From the NCBI GenBank assembly GCA_963693365.1, contig CAVNZM010000010.1, positions 2,542,001-2,606,000 on the forward strand: 64,000 nucleotides of DNA, read 5' to 3'. Shown here in pieces: positions 59,180 through 64,000 of this stretch. The position numbers and the translations under genes were made by a program. The notes under the pieces are model-generated. The model saw nothing but the letters and a program-made list of their open reading frames with translations, did no database searches and was not told where the DNA came from. Origin of the DNA: Amoebidium appalachense (taxonomy: Eukaryota; Protista; Ichthyosporea). How positions within the stretch are numbered: the first letter of the stretch is position 1; each line of letters begins with the position of its first letter.

Positions 59180-60764
59180 CTACGTGTGTCTGTGTGTGTG
59201 TGTGTGTGTGTGTGGCTGCACGTGTGGTGCACTACTGAGGCCTTCCTCTGCAGGTTGGGAAGGCAGTGGAAAGCTTAAAAAATGAAACGACCGAGCAGAT
59301 TTCATCTCTAAGGAGCGAACTTCAGGTGAGGGGGTGCACGTGAATGCGTGTGTGTTGCCTGTGAATGGGTTTGTGTGCTTGATTGCCAACCTCCGTTTGA
59401 ACCAACATGAGATTGATCACATTTCTTGTAGGACACTTTCATTGATTCGCTGCCTGGCGGACCCCGGGCGCTGCTGGTGGGGGGGGGGGGGGGGGAGGGG
59501 CAATCGTTTGGGCTTGATAGATGTTTGGTTGGGTGGATGGGTGGGGGGAGCCGAGGGGAAGGGGCGGGGACTGATGTGCCCATGCATATCTGTAGAATGA
59601 GTTTTGTGAGCTTGCACATGGAACGTGGTGTTGTATGTTGTGTGCATTGACGTAAGTGGGGGTGTGGGTGCGTGTATGGTCGTAGCATGTGGGGAGGTGA
59701 TGAGGGGCAGTGAGATTCAATGGTTTTGTCCTGTTCGATATCTGTTCGGGTGGTGGATGGTTTTCATTGCTATTGTCTGGCGAATGGTGATGAAAACACT
59801 CGTGTTTGTGATTGGGTGGTTAGTTAGCTGCTTGGTTCTAATCTAATAGGGTCGTGGGTGGGTTTTATGGCTGTAGTGTGATCGGGGTGGTGATAACAAC
59901 AACAGAAGTGATCGGGTGGTTGGTAAGATACATTGCTCTAACCTGATTGGGTGATTGGGGTGCAGAGTGCAGATAAGGACCTCGAGAAGACACTCAGGCT
60001 AGAGGTAGCACCCCCTTTCCCCTCTCCCTCCCCCTCCCCCCCCCCCCCCCCCCCCCTTTACCGCCTCCGCTCCAGTTCTCCGTTTTCCCCTTTCCCGGGT
60101 TCTTGACTGTTCTTCACATACCCATGTTCTCTCTTTCACTCATTCACCCTCCCCCCGCTTTTGGCAGAGGCATCCAACCTTGATGCTATCAGTCAGGAGG
60201 TTTATGCGCTTTTTTTGCAGAGACCGTAGTTGGTGCAGGACAAGGAAAAGGAGTGCTCAATGGAACCCTTTTGAAGAGTTTCAGCTCGGAAGAAAGCCCC
60301 CTGGGCAAGAATGGGAGGGGGGTTCTGTGAAGAAAAGTACAGGCGGAAGCAGTGAAAGGAGAGGCGGTTAGAGATGGGCTGGGTTGTGAATGAAAAGGGC
60401 TGGGGGGAACTTGGGGACGGCAAGAGTTCTGTGTGTTAAGAATATGGGCATCCAAGACTGGATGTGTGTGTGGTCTGTCTGTGTCTGTGTCTCCATGTAT
60501 GGGCTTGTGTGTGCACAGTGTTTGCCTCTTGTGCTTCAGTATGTACGGCACATGGGTCGATATGTGTTTGGTTGCCGACGGTGTGTTTTGTTGCAGTGTG
60601 CGACTCTGGATCAGGCCACAAGGGACTTTGCACGGGCAGCACTCAACTCAGTCGAGGACGATTTGAAGGTGGGGGGGGGGGGGGGGGGGGGTTCTTGTCA
60701 GAAATTTTGGGTGGGGGACGGAGAGGCACTTTGGCGGAAATTCGGTGGATGGGGAGGGGGAGAA

Positions 60765-60816
<52 letters not shown>

Positions 60817-60850
60817 TAAGGCTTCGGTGGATGGGGAGGGGGAGGAGGTT

Positions 60851-60884
<34 letters not shown>

Positions 60885-61253
60885 ACTAAGGCTGGAATTT
60901 GGTGGTGGTGGTGGTGGTGGGGAAAGGGGGTGGGGTGGAGGGGGTGGGTCGTTTTGATGGAATTTGGTGGGAGCAAAGGAAGCCTTGTTGGGCAGCCAGG
61001 GGGGGGGTTCTTTGCAACATTATAAGCATAGAAGGTAGGGTTGTGTCAAGTCGGCGAGAGAGAGAATGCAAAGCGTGGCAGTAGGGATGGGGTGCCATAC
61101 ATGCTCTTTGTCTGATGTTATGGGCAGTCGTGTGTTGAAATGCTCTTGTGTTCCTTTTGAAAGCCGAAGGGTGAGGGGGCCGGCAGGGGGAGAAGTCCTT
61201 GCTTCGGGGACAGGTGGGTTGGGGGAAGGGGGAGTGTGTCTGTGTGTGTGTGT

Positions 61254-61292
<39 letters not shown>

Positions 61293-62510
61293 GACGGGTT
61301 TAGTGTATACGCGCCTGGTTTCTGTGCTCAGAAAATGTGTTTATGCCTTGCTGACATATAAGGGGATACACAGGAGGCAAAGGAGCAGGCAGCAGCAGGG
61401 CGCAAAGAACTGACTGGGAGGATAGACACCATAAATGCTACACTGGTGGTGGGTGGCTGGCTGGCAAAGAAAAAAAAAAAAAGGAGAAAGAAAAAGAAAG
61501 AAAGAAAGAAAGAAAGGCGCCTCGGGGGGGGGGGGGGGGGGGGGGGGGATATGGATGGGGCAGTATGCTTATGGGGTGTGGATTGGGAGGTGGGGCGTAG
61601 CATCGGGGTCATGTCTGGGGGTCTACACGTGCTTGCGTGTGGCAGTATGTTTCTAGTTCAATGCAAAGGTGCTAAAGGGAAGGGGAGGGGGGGGGGGGGG
61701 GGGGGGGGGGGGTAATCGATGAAGAACAACATATTCATGCCGTCTTGCTCCATTGCCACTGGATTCGGTGGCACGTGTGAAGGGGTGTGTGCGGGCAGAT
61801 TATGATAATAGAAATCGGGGAGAATGGATTGATTGGATTTCGGTAGGTCGTGATAATGCGTAAAGCAGTAGGTGTATTTTTTGGCCTCAAGAATTTCACC
61901 CGGTGCTGATTATAGCTTGTTATAGCTTAGTTAATAGCTTATTATAGCTTATTATTGCCTATTATAGCTTAGCAATGGGTGTACTGACTGGTATGGGGCA
62001 GGACACGAGGCAGAGGGTGGCAAAGAGACTAAAGGCTGTGGAGGACGGGCTGGCTGATATCAACGCTACAATCAAGGTGGATAAAATTAGCTGCTTTGAG
62101 AATCCACGTGCAAGTCTGTGCACACGCACACACGTAAAGCACACAGACGTACACAGACAGTCGTGCACACACGCACATCAAGTGTCACACACGTGATATG
62201 CACAGGTGGATGCATTTGCGCACCCGTGGACGTGCAGACACAGATGTACGTGACGTCAGACAGACACGTGTACAGGCATGGATACATACGTCGAAGCACA
62301 CTTGTGCATACATAAAACACAAAATTCCTCGCACTGACACACACATACCGCTACTCACCTTCCCCCCTTCCCCCACACACACGCACACCACCACCACTGC
62401 CACGACCACTACCACCACCCACCCACCCACCCACCTTCTCAACACACACACACACACACACACACACGCCACCCCAAACACTCACACCCACACACACACA
62501 CACACCACCC

Positions 62511-62605
<95 letters not shown>

Positions 62606-63284
62606 AATGTTCTTGCATAGTTTATGTGATGTCATACTTTATCCCTCGCATGCTTACTTTGTGCAAGAATCTTTGCAAAGGCACAGAGGGGCACCAAAGT
62701 GACCATGTGTCAACGGGTTGGCGAGGGAGGGGGGGGGGGGGGGGGAGGGGGGCTCTGTACGTGGCATATCTCCCCATTATCTGTCAGCATTGATTTATCA
62801 TTAGGCGAATTAGGGGGAGAGGGGGGAGGGGGGGGCGGAGAGGGGGGGGGGGGTGACTCTGTATTAGTGATGATTTTGCTAACATGTTTTACGGCGCAGT
62901 TTCGCCTAGCACGGATTTCATCGTTGGGGCAAATATGATCTACAGGTTATCAGGAAATTATGCCACTTATGCACTCATTTTACGGCTATGGAAATTCTAC
63001 CACACTTTTACTCATTTTCGGGCCATGCACTGACCAGTTGCTATTCAGGCAGTGGGCCAACAGGCGCAGGAGGCGGAGCAGAGGATAGTGGGCACACTGA
63101 CAGGATCTATGGGGGTGCAGGTGGACACGTTGAGGGCAGAGATACACGTAGGTGCTTGTGTTGGGATTGGTGTTGAAGTTGTGGTACTTGTGGCACACCG
63201 TGAAGCCTCTTGCTCCTTCCATTGGTACCTCTATACATGTTTATGGGGAGAGAAAATAGAAAGTGGACACGCGGGGGGCTCGGG

Positions 63285-63325
<41 letters not shown>

Positions 63326-63735
63326 TCAACAGGTAGCCCTTGTGTGCTAGTGGTAGTGCCTGTTGCTGTGTATCACATACATGGCTCAACTCCTCGTCCT
63401 GTCCACTCCCCCTCCCCCCCCCCCCCCCCCCCCCCCCCGCCGCTCCCACCCACCCACCCACCCTCACATCGCTACCTGCCTATCCCAGCTTTATGACATA
63501 CGATGCGCCTCCTTGGAGCTCAGATCCCCTTCTTTTGCCCTCCTGCCTGCACACACGCACACATACATACACACGCACACACTCACACCCTCAAACACTC
63601 ACCCACACCCACACTCACACTCACACATATACACACACACAACAGAAAGTGGCCACGGACCTACCTGGAGGCATTGCCCGACAGAGTGACTTGGGTGTGC
63701 TGGAGCAGAAAATGCAGCACAGGCTTACCCTGATG
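55188..63735 (+). CDS. Predicted secreted alpha-helical/coiled-coil protein of unknown family; continues past the window end
   Basis: Signal-peptide-like exon 55188-55254 ([22 protein letters not shown]), then GT-AG exons ~55338-55453, 56482-56556, 57262-57339, 57806-57883, 58432-58506, 59254-59325, 59966-60004, 60597-60668, 61374-61445, 62002-62076, 63049-63147 and 63646-63735. All are open and rich in L/A/E/K/Q heptads. Confidence 0.75.
61910..61972. repeat. Short ~11-bp tandem repeat (TTATAGCTTA-like), ~5-6 copies
   Basis: Directly visible in an intron. Confidence 0.8.
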
Positions 63736-64000
63736 GTGAGAACAGAGAGGGGGGGTGGGGCGGGGGGGCATGCATAGCACGAAATAGGCAGGCACACGGG
63801 TAAAAGCACAGAAGATAAGGGGGGAGGGGGGGGGGGGGGGGGGAGTTAAATTCCTTAAGAGTACGCTGCATTTGCAGAAGCCGCGAGTATGTTTCGGTTG
63901 TGTGTGTTTGTGTATGTGTGTCTGTGTGCGTGTGTGTTTTGGGTTTGCTTTTTATGGGGGGGCAAGGAAGGGAAACGAAGGGGGTTGGGGATGCTTTTGC

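Overview
This is intron-rich eukaryotic genomic DNA (GT-AG introns packed with G/C homopolymers, (CA)n/(GT)n and (GA)n). It is probably from a unicellular opisthokont or other protist; that is inference only. Most short ORFs in the track are low-complexity noise. Four host genes can be assembled from exons: (1) a minus-strand C1-domain + CDC25/RasGEF gene (~0.9-20.5 kb); (2) a minus-strand carnitine/choline O-acyltransferase-family gene (34.6-44.2 kb) with Glu in place of the catalytic His, whose 3' portion is tandemly duplicated (21.8-33.9 kb); (3) a minus-strand mitochondrial cytochrome c peroxidase (45.9-51.6 kb); (4) a plus-strand secreted coiled-coil gene made of short phase-0 exons (55.2 kb to the window end). 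The main feature is an apparently intact ~5.9 kb Penelope-like retroelement with an N-terminal GIY-YIG domain plus RT (Chlamys-type domain order) and identical 309-bp direct terminal repeats. It is inserted in a poly-G tract of one duplicate copy, and the other copy shows the empty site. Its terminal repeat shares a conserved, non-canonical structured RNA motif with a diverged 190-bp relative inserted in another poly-G tract. Its long 3' region carries two covarying copies of an unrecognised multibranch RNA fold. Also present are a hAT-type MITE with an 8-bp TSD, a 51-bp minisatellite, and a poly-C-ended, hairpin-rich insertion with a tRNA-like head inside a 40-bp repeat array. All RNA folds were done by eye, and homopolymer lengths are probably unreliable.
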